This document shows, piece after piece, positions 1 to 7,957 of a DNA stretch of 32,000 bases. The position numbers were made by a program, and so were the translations under genes. This DNA comes from Pyrodictium delaneyi (GTDB lineage: Archaea; Thermoproteota; Thermoprotei_A; Sulfolobales; Pyrodictiaceae). The notes beneath the pieces were generated by a model, which saw only the letters and a program-made list of their open reading frames with translations, was not told the DNA's origin and did not search any database. The stretch's first letter is position 1; each line of letters opens with the position of its first letter. The stretch spans positions 1,620,001 to 1,652,000 of the forward strand of contig NZ_CP013011.1 of assembly GCF_001412615.1 (NCBI RefSeq). The letters run 5' to 3'.

Positions 1-413
1 TAGAATATTCTAGACTTTATAGCTAATCTTTTCGCGCCACGAGTTAAGCCCAGAGGTGATATGTAGAGATAAGCCACATCTGCAGTATTGAAATATTTGC
101 CCCTAAGCTTATCGAGGAAATGCTGCAGCCTCTTTATCCTAGTGGAGAACTGTGATGGTGACGTAGGTCTGGATTCTTGTGTTGATACGTATATGGCTAC
201 TACTAGGGGGCTTGACCCAGGTATATCTATGACTACTATATGCAACCTCATATCGCTCGAGCTATGGACGGATACAGGCTTTACTACATGCGCCGCTCCT
301 GATGCTTCAACCACCTTCGCTATGTGACGTGCTCCCCCGAGCAGAGGGAGAAGTATCTTGTTAGCTTCCGCTAGCGCTCTTGCCTTGCGCTCTTTGCTAG
401 TCACTATCGTCAA
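1..413 (-). CDS. Hypothetical protein, 5' portion of the gene; the ORF runs off the left edge of the window
   Basis: The minus-strand frame is open from position 413 to position 1. It is bounded upstream by an in-frame stop (rc of 420-422), with candidate starts at TTG 413 or GTG 404. The translation (..RLHIVVIDIPGSSPLVVAIYVSTQES..FLDKLRGKYFNTADVAYLYISPLGLTRGAKRLAIKS..) has a normal globular composition. The listed + ORF 88..327 looks antisense. No family recognised. Confidence 0.4.
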   Translation of the reverse strand, partial: MTIVTSKERKARALAEANKILLPLLGGARHIAKVVEASGAAHVVKPVSVHSSSDMRLHIVVIDIPGSSPLVVAIYVSTQESRPTSPSQFSTRIKRLQHFLDKLRGKYFNTADVAYLYISPLGLTRGAKRLAIKSRIF

Positions 414-549
414 TGACGTTCACCGTTTTGGCGAAGATTAGTACCCTAGCCTCGTGCTCCTGGGAATAACTTGAGTTCAGCCAGAACTATTGAGAATTGA
501 TTACACAGGTACCGGACAGGAAGAGGAAGGCTCCACTTACTGCTGAGCT

Positions 550-683
550 GTTACAGGGTAGTACGTAAGAGTGTTAACGCCTCTCCTGTCCAGGGATAGA
601 CCTGTGGAGAGAAGGCAGGCAATAAGAGAGCCGTAGCATTGGTGTGTAACCTCTGCCTGACAGGGTTAGTGTTACAGGGTAGT
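550..683 (+). repeat. Exact 13-nt direct repeat GTTACAGGGTAGT (550-562 and 671-683), part of a set of same-strand AGGGTAG-like motifs
   Basis: Read directly from the sequence. Related motifs are AGGGTAG at 555-561, 676-682 and 883-889, AGGGATAG at 592-599 and AGGGTTAG at 662-669. Confidence 0.6.
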
Positions 684-707
684 CTGATGCTAGAGCAGCT
701 AGACTCT

Positions 708-780
708 GGGTGGTGACGAGTGGACCACGGGGTGAGCCCCTCTCAAGGGGCGGTGAAGACGACCCTGCATCGCTGAACCC
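708..780 (+). ncRNA. Weak candidate C/D-box sRNA with degenerate boxes
   Basis: Layout: GGGT (708-711) / C-like GTGACGA (713-719) / 12 nt / D'-like GTGA (732-735) / hairpin GCCCCT-CTCA-AGGGGC / C'-like GTGAAGA (753-759) / 13 nt / D box CTGA (773-776) / ACCC (777-780). The ACCC pairs with the 5' GGGT. The C and C' boxes each deviate from RUGAUGA at one position. Confidence 0.25.
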
Positions 781-901
781 CTGTGAGTTCAGTTGATATG
801 CGGCAGTAGTGTAGCAGCCTCGCTTGGTGCCTACACTTCGTCTTCGAATCCATTACGTTATTAGGACGTCCAGTCGAAAGGAAGGGTAGGGGAGGGTTAT
901 C

Positions 902-1810
902 GTGGATGAGGAAGTGGTTAAGAAGTATATAGAGGCTGGACGTATTGCGCGAATAGTTCGGGACGAGGCTGCTAAACTCATAGAGCCCGGTAGAAGCGTC
1001 CTCGAAGTATGTACATATGTTGAGAACAGGATTAGAGAGCTAGGTGCAGCTCCGGCGTTTCCCTGTAACATATCTATCAACGAAATTGCTGCACACTACT
1101 CACCAGTGGTCGGGGATGAGACGTCTATCCCCGAAGGCGCGGTAGTAAAGCTTGACATAGGCGTTCACGTTGATGGATATATAGCTGATACAGCAGTCAC
1201 GGTCACGCTTGATGAAAAGTGGGCACAGCTTCTAGAAGCTGTAGAGGATGCGCTTGCAAGAGCTATAGAGCTTGTAAAACCTGGTGTGAAGTTCGCCGAG
1301 GTAGGTAGAGCTATAGAGGCTGCAATCAAGAACAAAGGGTTCAAGCCTATAACTAACCTTGGAGGTCATAGTTTGGCTAGGTACACTATACACGCAGGAG
1401 AGAGTATACCTAACGCCTATGACGCCTTGGTCCGTGGAAAGTTCTCATCAGGCAAGGCATATGCCATAGAGCCATTTGGAACCAATGGGGCTGGGCTAGT
1501 GTATGAAGGCGAGCTAGTCACTATCTATGCCTTAGTACGTTCGAGTCTCCGGCGTAGACTTGACCCCCGAACTAAGCGTATACTTGAGGCAGTCAAGGAA
1601 AGGTTCAAGACACTACCCTTCAACGAGAGATGGCTCACAGACGTTGAGGAGGATGTTGAGGTGCTTAGGAGGAGCCTAAGGAAACTAGCCCGCATGGGGT
1701 ATTTAGTACAGTATCCCGTACTTATTGAGAGGAACCATGGCATGGTTGCCCAGTTCGAGCATACAATAGTAATTACGGACAATGGTGAAGTGATAGTTAC
1801 AACTAAGTAG
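902..1810 (+). CDS. map: Methionine aminopeptidase, type 2 (archaeal MetAP)
   Basis: Near-colinear similarity to Pyrococcus MetAP as recalled from memory (PAFPCNISINEIAAHYSP, DIGVHVDGYIADTA, GHSLARYTIHAG, AQFEHTIV). GTG start preceded by GGGGAGGG about 7 nt upstream. Confidence 0.95.
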   Translation: MDEEVVKKYIEAGRIARIVRDEAAKLIEPGRSVLEVCTYVENRIRELGAAPAFPCNISINEIAAHYSPVVGDETSIPEGAVVKLDIGVHVDGYIADTAVTVTLDEKWAQLLEAVEDALARAIELVKPGVKFAEVGRAIEAAIKNKGFKPITNLGGHSLARYTIHAGESIPNAYDALVRGKFSSGKAYAIEPFGTNGAGLVYEGELVTIYALVRSSLRRRLDPRTKRILEAVKERFKTLPFNERWLTDVEEDVEVLRRSLRKLARMGYLVQYPVLIERNHGMVAQFEHTIVITDNGEVIVTTK

Positions 1811-1899
1811 GCTCCTAGGACTTGAGGCTGTAGGCCCAGGGCGCTCTAAATATAGAGTGGCTTAGGACAGGCAGCCTACTCATGAGGGTCTGAGGTGCG

Positions 1900-3048
1900 A
1901 TGTCGGTAAATACGACGATGCCTTTCATTAGCTCTTCATCGGATCTCGCTACATGGATAATAGCGATAAGCATCTTAGTCTCAACTGTGTTATCTATCCT
2001 TGCTTTCCTTGGTATTGCCCAAGGCCTGCAAGTGAGGATATGGAGAAACCAGATAGAGGCAAAACTAAGGGTTCTTGAGAGCTATAGAAATACTGTACGT
2101 GATGAAGCACGTAAAAAGCTTGAGAAACTGGGAGCACATAATCCCGACGAAGTAGTCAACACAGTAATAGAATACTTCGTCATAGAGCCTGTCTCGATAG
2201 AACCCATAGACATTATAAAGCGGCTTGAGAAGGTTCTGCGTACTGAAGAGGAGCGTATAGAGGATATAGTCTCCCGCAGTCTACCCAAAGACGTGAGTGA
2301 TGTCGATAAGAAGAATATTGTAACACTGTTAGCCATTGCAAATGTTCTTAATACTCTCTACAAGTTTGTCCGCCACATACTACTCCTCGGCATTAAGACC
2401 AAGAATGCTATGCTTGTAGCACAGCTTTGGATGATGATGCCCTTCTACATGAGAATAGCTAAAGCGTACTTTGACGCTGCAAAAATAATAAACAAGGGCA
2501 TACCCATAGGTGATGCAGCAGGGCCACTAGCAGCTTACAAGCTTATGAAAATGCTCCGTCTTGAGGCTGGACCTAAAGAAGTGGTAAAAGACACGATGTA
2601 TAGTGTACATAGTTTTGAGGAGCGTCGAGTAATAATTGTAAAAGCACGTGGTCCAGGTAGCACGGTCGGTAGGCCGGGTGAGGCTGTAGAGAAGATCGTA
2701 AATGAGGAGCTAGAAGGCAATATAGCTGCTATTATAACAGTCGACGCGGCACTGAAAATGGAGGGTGAGGAGACGGGATCTATAGCAGAGGGTACTGGCG
2801 TAGCTATGGGCGACCCTGGTCCCGAGAAAATACGTATTGAACGAGTAGCTGTTGCACATGGAGCACAGCTCTATGCGATAGCTATCAAGATGAGTCTTGA
2901 AGAAGCTATAACAGCGATAAAGAAAGAGATAGTTGATGGAGTTGAGAAAGCAGTTGATAGAGTCAAGAAGCTAATACTAGAGACTACAAAGCCCGGGGAC
3001 ACAGTAATAGTTGTAGGAGTAGGCAATACCCTTGGCGTAGCCCAATAG
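1900..3048 (+). CDS. Conserved archaeal membrane-anchored protein of unknown function; possibly DUF1512-like, unverified
   Basis: 382-aa ORF with an ATG start, one N-terminal TM helix (WIIAISILVSTVLSILAFLGIA) and a large soluble domain with good coding composition. The family assignment is from memory only. Confidence 0.6.
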   Translation: MSVNTTMPFISSSSDLATWIIAISILVSTVLSILAFLGIAQGLQVRIWRNQIEAKLRVLESYRNTVRDEARKKLEKLGAHNPDEVVNTVIEYFVIEPVSIEPIDIIKRLEKVLRTEEERIEDIVSRSLPKDVSDVDKKNIVTLLAIANVLNTLYKFVRHILLLGIKTKNAMLVAQLWMMMPFYMRIAKAYFDAAKIINKGIPIGDAAGPLAAYKLMKMLRLEAGPKEVVKDTMYSVHSFEERRVIIVKARGPGSTVGRPGEAVEKIVNEELEGNIAAIITVDAALKMEGEETGSIAEGTGVAMGDPGPEKIRIERVAVAHGAQLYAIAIKMSLEEAITAIKKEIVDGVEKAVDRVKKLILETTKPGDTVIVVGVGNTLGVAQ

Positions 3049-3059
3049 CATTATGGAGT

Positions 3060-3380
3060 GTGACAACCTTGGACCAACTTATGTTAGGTTATATAGCGAT
3101 AACCTTAGCTACAACGCTGATACTCGTCTATATGCTATTTCTAACTGGCAGAAAGCAACAAGATTCAAGAGAACATATAGTAACAGAGATCAGATGTACA
3201 TCGTGTAATTTTATCGTAAAGCGTGGATTCCGCGAAGGAGACTATGTTGGAAAGAATGTTAATGAAAGATGTCCGCGATGCGGTGGAGAAATGGCAATAG
3301 AGTCGATATATGAAGAGAAGATTGAACCGGCAACACGATCTCTTCTATATAAGACTAGAAGTAAAAAAGACAAGAAATAA
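3060..3380 (+). CDS. Small membrane-anchored zinc-ribbon protein
   Basis: N-terminal TM helix, then CTSC...(20 aa)...CPRC, giving a four-Cys ribbon, and a Lys-rich tail. Lies 11 nt downstream of the previous gene, so co-transcription is likely. GTG start. Confidence 0.55.
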   Translation: MTTLDQLMLGYIAITLATTLILVYMLFLTGRKQQDSREHIVTEIRCTSCNFIVKRGFREGDYVGKNVNERCPRCGGEMAIESIYEEKIEPATRSLLYKTRSKKDKK

Positions 3381-3383
3381 ATA
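3375..3383 (+). promoter_or_regulatory. TATA-like box (AAATAAATA) upstream of the 5S rRNA gene
   Basis: The only A/T-rich octamer directly 5' of the GC-rich 5S gene, about 31-39 nt upstream of the inferred mature 5' end. It overlaps the stop codon of the zinc-ribbon gene. Confidence 0.3.
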
Positions 3384-3413
3384 CCCCCTCCCGGCTCCAA
3401 TGCTTCCAACATG

Positions 3414-3539
3414 GCCCGACCCGGCCATAGCGGCCGGGCAACACCCGGACTCATGTCGAACCCGGAAGTTAAGCCGGCCGCGTTGGGGGAGGCTGTGGGG
3501 TCCGCGAGGCCCCGCAGCGCCCCCAAGCCGGGATCGGGC
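3414..3539 (+). rRNA. rrf: 5S ribosomal RNA, stand-alone gene
   Basis: GCCCGACCCGGCCATAGCGGCCGGGCAACACCCGGACTCATGTCGAACCCGGAAGTTAAGCC...CCGGGATCGGGC aligns almost position for position with Sulfolobus 5S rRNA as I remember it. The 5' and 3' ends pair as helix I. GC is about 70% against about 50% in the flanks. Confidence 0.95.
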
Positions 3540-3756
3540 CGCTACAGCCGGTTGATCCATACCCTCTTACTACTTGTATCCTTGTACATCCTTTGTACTC
3601 CTTGGCTATGTTATTCTAGAAGATTCATTCATTACATTATCGAGTAGAGTGTAGTTTACGCAAAATCCTTGATGCTGGCCAAGATTTATACTTAGAGTGA
3701 TGCCTCTACTTCTATTATGGTGAATAAAGGTTAGGGATCCAAAGAGGTGATATGGC

Positions 3757-4446
3757 ATGGGCTATGTTCGCTGGCTTGGCCACTCAGCTTTCGAGATAAG
3801 GGTTGATGATTATACGATTCTCGTAGACCCTTGGCTCAGCAACCCCCAGTCTCCAGTAAGCGTTAGCGAATACAAGGGTAAGGTTGATCTAGTAATAGTG
3901 ACACATGATCACCTGGACCACCTTGGTGACGCTGTACAGATTCTAAGATTGAACCCGAATGCTAAGTTTGCGGCAGTCTACGAGCTTGCAAACTTTGTTG
4001 CAGAACAGCTCGGCGACACGTCGGGAAGAATAGTCGGTGCAAATATTGGAGGTCCTCTAAGGATACCCGGTATCGATCTCAAGGTTATGTTCTTCCCTGC
4101 AACTCACAGCAGCAACCGCGGGGCGCCTACAAGCGTGGTTATAGCTGGTAAGGAGGCTACACTATTTCATGCGGGCGATACAGGGCTTTTTGCCGAGATG
4201 CAGTTCATAGGGGAGCTATATAGGCCGGATATAGCAATGCTTCCTATAGGCAGCCACTTTACAATGGATGTTGTGCAGGCGGCGAAGGCAGTCGAGCTGC
4301 TAAAGCCACGTGTCGCTATACCGATGCACTATAACACGTTCCCAGTCATAGAGGCTGATCCACAAGAGTTTGCTAGGCTCGTCGCTGAGAAGGGACTAGA
4401 CACAAAGGTTGTTATACTAAAGCCGGGCGAGGTATACGAGTTCTAG
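3757..4446 (+). CDS. Metallo-beta-lactamase-fold hydrolase, UPF0173 family
   Basis: N-terminus WLGHSAFEI, HxHxDH motif (THDHLDHLGD), and the size and layout typical of archaeal UPF0173 proteins. Confidence 0.85.
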   Translation: MGYVRWLGHSAFEIRVDDYTILVDPWLSNPQSPVSVSEYKGKVDLVIVTHDHLDHLGDAVQILRLNPNAKFAAVYELANFVAEQLGDTSGRIVGANIGGPLRIPGIDLKVMFFPATHSSNRGAPTSVVIAGKEATLFHAGDTGLFAEMQFIGELYRPDIAMLPIGSHFTMDVVQAAKAVELLKPRVAIPMHYNTFPVIEADPQEFARLVAEKGLDTKVVILKPGEVYEF

Positions 4447-4509
4447 CCGGCTATGCTGTGGAGCTCGGGTCTACTATCCTAGTTTTTAATCCCTATCCGT
4501 CCCACCCGG

Positions 4510-6021
4510 GTGTCCTGGGCCCCCGGCTTGAGCAAGAAGATTGCGGTATCAGAGTCAGAGTATCAATTCCTTAAGCAGCTTGTGGGCCGCGTTGAGCCGG
4601 GCAAGGCCTATACGACTGAGGAGCTAGCCAAGCTTCTAGGGATTCCCAGGAGTCGAGTTGAACCTCTGGTACGCCTTCTAGCCGATAAGGGGCTCCTTGA
4701 GATAGAGGAGCAGGTAGTCGAGAAATACGTGGTAACTGAGGAGGCTAAACAGTATCTCGAGGAGGGGTTCCCCGAGGAGAAGCTTGTAAAGCTGCTACAC
4801 AAGAACGGTGGCGAACTTCCTGTAGATGAGGCTAGGCGGCTTCTTGGTAGAGAGTTTGGCATAGCTATGGCTAATGCGTCGCGTAAAGGCTGGGTGAGAG
4901 TAGAGGCCGGCAAGGTGAAGCTCCTAGTTGAGCCCACGGTAGAGGCTGAGGAGAAGAGGCTGCTAAGGCTGCTCAGCGAGGGCAGGAGGCTCTCACCGGA
5001 TGAGGTGAAACTTCTACGCCGTAGGCGGCTCGTCGCTCCCGAGAAGGAGAAGATAACGATAGTCAGATTTGGTAAGAGTCCAGAGGAGTTTCTCGAGAAA
5101 GTTGTTGTTGAGGTTGGTGCTCTGACACGTCAGCTCATAGAGTCTGGCGAGTGGCGCAACATCCGGCTCCGCAGCTATAACGTTGCTGCTGAGCCGCCCA
5201 AAGTGTATCCGGGAAGGCTGCACTTTTTCCGCCAGTTCGTGGAGTATCTACGCGATGTCATGAAGGAGCTAGGGTTCGTAGAGATCGAAGAACCGCCGGT
5301 AGAGCTAGAGTTCTGGAACTATGACGTACTATTCCAGCCTCAGTACCATCCGGCCCGCTCGCCAACAGACACGTTCTATCTTAGGCAGCCTCGGGAGGGA
5401 GTACTACCAGCTGATCTAGCGGTGAGTGTGAGGAAGGCGCATGAGGAGGGTATTGCGGGAAGTCGTGGCTGGGGGTATCGCTGGGATCCCTCTCAGGCAG
5501 CCCGCTTGATACTGCGCAGTCATACAACAGCTGTGTCGGCGCGTGTACTCGCGTCAAAGCCGAGGCCGCCGTTCAGATTCTTTAGCCTCGGTAGAGTATA
5601 CCGTGTAGAGACAATCGATCCTAGGCATTTGCCGGAGTTCCACCAGATAGATGGTATTGCGAGCGAGGATGGTATCAGTCTCCGGTGGCTCATAGGGATG
5701 CTCTCAGAGTTCCTGGAGAGACTGGGGTTCCGCGAGTACAAGTTCCGGCCGGCATACTTCCCGTTCACGGAACCCTCCATAGAGGGCTATGTCCGTGTAA
5801 AAGGCCAGTGGCTTGAGATACTTGGCGCGGGCATGTTTAGGCCCGAGATGCTTGCAGCTCTTGGCATAGACTATCCGGTTGCAGCATGGGGTATGGGCAT
5901 AGAGAGGCTAGCCATGGCCCTCTATGGGTTGACGGACATAAGGCAACTCTATAGCATGGATGTCCGCTTCCTCTCGACAATACCGTCGAGGTGGTGGATA
6001 TATGCCGGTGCTCAAGTTTAA
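4510..6021 (+). CDS. pheS: Phenylalanine--tRNA ligase alpha subunit
   Basis: Class II core motifs (FQPQYHPARS, LRSHTT, FRFFSLGRVYR, FPFTEPS, GMGIERLAM), archaeal-type long N-terminal wHTH region, followed by pheT. GTG start. Confidence 0.93.
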   Translation: MSWAPGLSKKIAVSESEYQFLKQLVGRVEPGKAYTTEELAKLLGIPRSRVEPLVRLLADKGLLEIEEQVVEKYVVTEEAKQYLEEGFPEEKLVKLLHKNGGELPVDEARRLLGREFGIAMANASRKGWVRVEAGKVKLLVEPTVEAEEKRLLRLLSEGRRLSPDEVKLLRRRRLVAPEKEKITIVRFGKSPEEFLEKVVVEVGALTRQLIESGEWRNIRLRSYNVAAEPPKVYPGRLHFFRQFVEYLRDVMKELGFVEIEEPPVELEFWNYDVLFQPQYHPARSPTDTFYLRQPREGVLPADLAVSVRKAHEEGIAGSRGWGYRWDPSQAARLILRSHTTAVSARVLASKPRPPFRFFSLGRVYRVETIDPRHLPEFHQIDGIASEDGISLRWLIGMLSEFLERLGFREYKFRPAYFPFTEPSIEGYVRVKGQWLEILGAGMFRPEMLAALGIDYPVAAWGMGIERLAMALYGLTDIRQLYSMDVRFLSTIPSRWWIYAGAQV

Positions 6022-7660
6022 GCCGGGTCGTGTTGAGGAGGTTCTAGGCCTAAGCCTAGACAAGGCACTAGAGATTATGGAGAAGCTAAAGATAGAAGTC
6101 GAGCTGGATGAGGAAGGCAATGTTGTAGCGGAGCTCGAGGTTGATAGGCCCGACATGTACAGTCTGGAGGGCATAGCGAGGCAAGCCAAGGGTCTCCTAG
6201 GTAGAGAACTTGGTCTGCCAAAGTATGAAGTAGTTGACAGCAGTTATCGTATAGTGGCAGAGGATGTGCCCACTAGACCCTATATAGCTGGAGCAATAGT
6301 TTGGGATGTAGACGTTGACGAGGATTTCCTTGAAGAACTCATACAGTTCCAGGAGAAACTTCACACTAGCCACGGAGGCCGGCGTAGGAGGGTGGCAATA
6401 GGCCTCCACGACCTCGATAAGCTTCCATCGAAAAACATAACGTACAGGTTTGTAGACATAGATGGTGTGGTGTTTAAGCCACTACACCACGAAAGAACGA
6501 TGACGCTACGCGAGGTTCTCGAGGAAACAAGCCAAGGCAAGAGCTATGGCAGTATTTCGTTGAGAGACAATAAGCACCCCGTATTGTACTCCGGTAACGA
6601 CGTCATAAGCGTGCCACCCGTGATAAACGCGGACCTCACGCGTATAGAGCCGGGTACAAGGCACATATTTATCGACGTTACTGGTACTGAGCTTAAGCCT
6701 GTACTCGATATATTGTCTATACTAGCCGCTAACCTGGCTGAGCGTAGCAAAAGCAAACGTATAGGCATAGTAGAGGTCAAGGCACCCTGGGGGATGTTAA
6801 GAGAACCCCAACTTAAGCCATCTAGCATGGTCCTCGACGTAAAGTATGCGTCAAAAGTGATAGGTACTAGACTCGCACCAAGCGATGTTATCGAGAGCCT
6901 CCAGCGGATGAGGTTCGGTGCAAGGGAAGCCGGAAACGGGCTAGTAGATGTAGAAGTGCCACGGTTCCGTGTAGATATCCTCCATCCAGTAGACCTTGTC
7001 GAGGAAATAGTCCTGGCCAGGGGGCTCGATAACCTGGCCCCAGAGAGGCCTCGGCTAATGCTCAGAGGTTCACTACTACCGGTGAGGGCATGGGAGCGTG
7101 AGGCTAGATTGCTGCTTGTAGGCCATGGGTTTGTAGAGGTGTACTCGTACAGTCTTACCAGCTGTAGAGATCAGGTAGAGCTAGCCGGTGTTGAGGAGGA
7201 CAAGCTGGTAAGAATAGATAACCCGGTAGGTCTAGAGAGCGAGTGTCTTCGTGCTTCGCTTCTGCCACAGCTGCTCCGTATAGCTAGGACAAACCAGCAT
7301 GCAGTGCCACTCCGCGTATTCGAGTTGGGTGATGTGGTGGTAGCTGATAGTGCTGATAGAGAGAGAGGAGTCGTGCATAGGCGTAGACTAGCACTACTAT
7401 ACATGGACGAGAAGGCTGGCTATGAGGACGTACAGTCTATAGTATACAGCCTCATTAGACTCTTGGGTGATGAGATAATAGAGGTAAAACCAACGAGACA
7501 TGGGCTCTTCATAGAAGGCCGTACAGCCGAGCTTAGGACACAGAGAGGAGTAGTTGCTGTCATAGGCGAGGTTAAGCCGCAGATCTTGGAACAGCTAGAG
7601 ATAAGCTACCCTATAGCAGCAGCAGAGCTAGACTATACGAGCATACACAGCCAGGGCTAA
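6002..7660 (+). CDS. pheT: Phenylalanine--tRNA ligase beta subunit
   Basis: MPVLKFKPGRVEE is a typical archaeal PheT N-terminus with B3/4 and B5 domain layout. I chose the ATG at 6002 (GAGGTGG upstream) over the ORF-track start at 5960. It overlaps pheS by 20 nt. Confidence 0.92.
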   Translation: MPVLKFKPGRVEEVLGLSLDKALEIMEKLKIEVELDEEGNVVAELEVDRPDMYSLEGIARQAKGLLGRELGLPKYEVVDSSYRIVAEDVPTRPYIAGAIVWDVDVDEDFLEELIQFQEKLHTSHGGRRRRVAIGLHDLDKLPSKNITYRFVDIDGVVFKPLHHERTMTLREVLEETSQGKSYGSISLRDNKHPVLYSGNDVISVPPVINADLTRIEPGTRHIFIDVTGTELKPVLDILSILAANLAERSKSKRIGIVEVKAPWGMLREPQLKPSSMVLDVKYASKVIGTRLAPSDVIESLQRMRFGAREAGNGLVDVEVPRFRVDILHPVDLVEEIVLARGLDNLAPERPRLMLRGSLLPVRAWEREARLLLVGHGFVEVYSYSLTSCRDQVELAGVEEDKLVRIDNPVGLESECLRASLLPQLLRIARTNQHAVPLRVFELGDVVVADSADRERGVVHRRRLALLYMDEKAGYEDVQSIVYSLIRLLGDEIIEVKPTRHGLFIEGRTAELRTQRGVVAVIGEVKPQILEQLEISYPIAAAELDYTSIHSQG

Positions 7661-7675
7661 ACTCAAGCGAAGACC

Positions 7676-7795
7676 GGCCCTCGGGGCACCGCTGTCCCCC
7701 GCCCCTAACACCCGGGCTCACAGCCCCCACATGGGGGGTCTCGCTCGGGCTCTCTTAGACGGGAGTAACGGGGCGGCGCGGTGCCCCGAGGGCGC
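7676..7795. ncRNA. Unassigned GC-rich structured element; candidate stable RNA, strand unknown
   Basis: A perfect 16-bp stem pairs 7677-7692 (GCCCTCGGGGCACCGC) with 7778-7793. A 7-bp stem pairs 7699-7705 with 7770-7776. An inner stem pairs 7711-7717 with 7743-7749, and a CCCCC/GGGGG hairpin lies inside it. GC is about 75% in a genome region of about 50%. No tRNA T-loop and no match to any family I can name. Confidence 0.35.
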
Positions 7796-7957
7796 CCGAT
7801 AATAGAAACTTAGTGTCTCAGCCGGTCTTATATCCAGGAGCCAGGAGTCTAGACGATTCCTCCTCTTATGGCTATGTAGTGGACTCCACAACTCTCCTTA
7901 TATCTGGATCTGTGAAGGCTTCAGTGTAGCTGGGTCTTGTAAGTGGAGGGGCAGGCA

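Noticed and set aside
88-327. + strand ORF of 79 aa at the left edge
   Set aside because: It is Cys/Thr-rich with odd composition. The opposite strand carries a longer open frame with protein-like composition that continues off the window, so this one is most likely an antisense artefact.
420-860. RNase P RNA or SRP RNA in the long spacer (GAGGAAGGCTCC resembles CR-I, and GTGTAACC resembles the SRP Alu-domain UGUAAC)
   Set aside because: There is no matching 3' P4 strand (ACAGAA..GGCUU-type) or CR-II/III/IV blocks, and no SRP helix-8 GGAA/AGCA motif. GC is only about 50%, whereas stable RNAs in this genome (5S) are about 70%. A covariance-model scan would settle it.
800-860. tRNA-like fragments (GCGGCAGTAGTGTAGC... 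and TTCGAATCC)
   Set aside because: The T-loop-like heptamer has no flanking 5-bp stem, and no acceptor, D or anticodon arms can be drawn. It is probably a chance resemblance.
3242-3647. Five overlapping ORFs (3242..3526-, 3310..3555+, 3345..3560-, 3411..3647+ and others) rich in Pro/Gly/Arg/Ala
   Set aside because: They lie across the 5S rRNA gene. Their composition simply reflects translating GC-rich structural RNA, and they overlap one another in several frames.
5960-6001. 14-codon N-terminal extension of pheT
   Set aside because: MPVLKFKPG is the conserved PheT N-terminus and has a GAGGTGG site upstream. The extension lies wholly within the pheS coding sequence.
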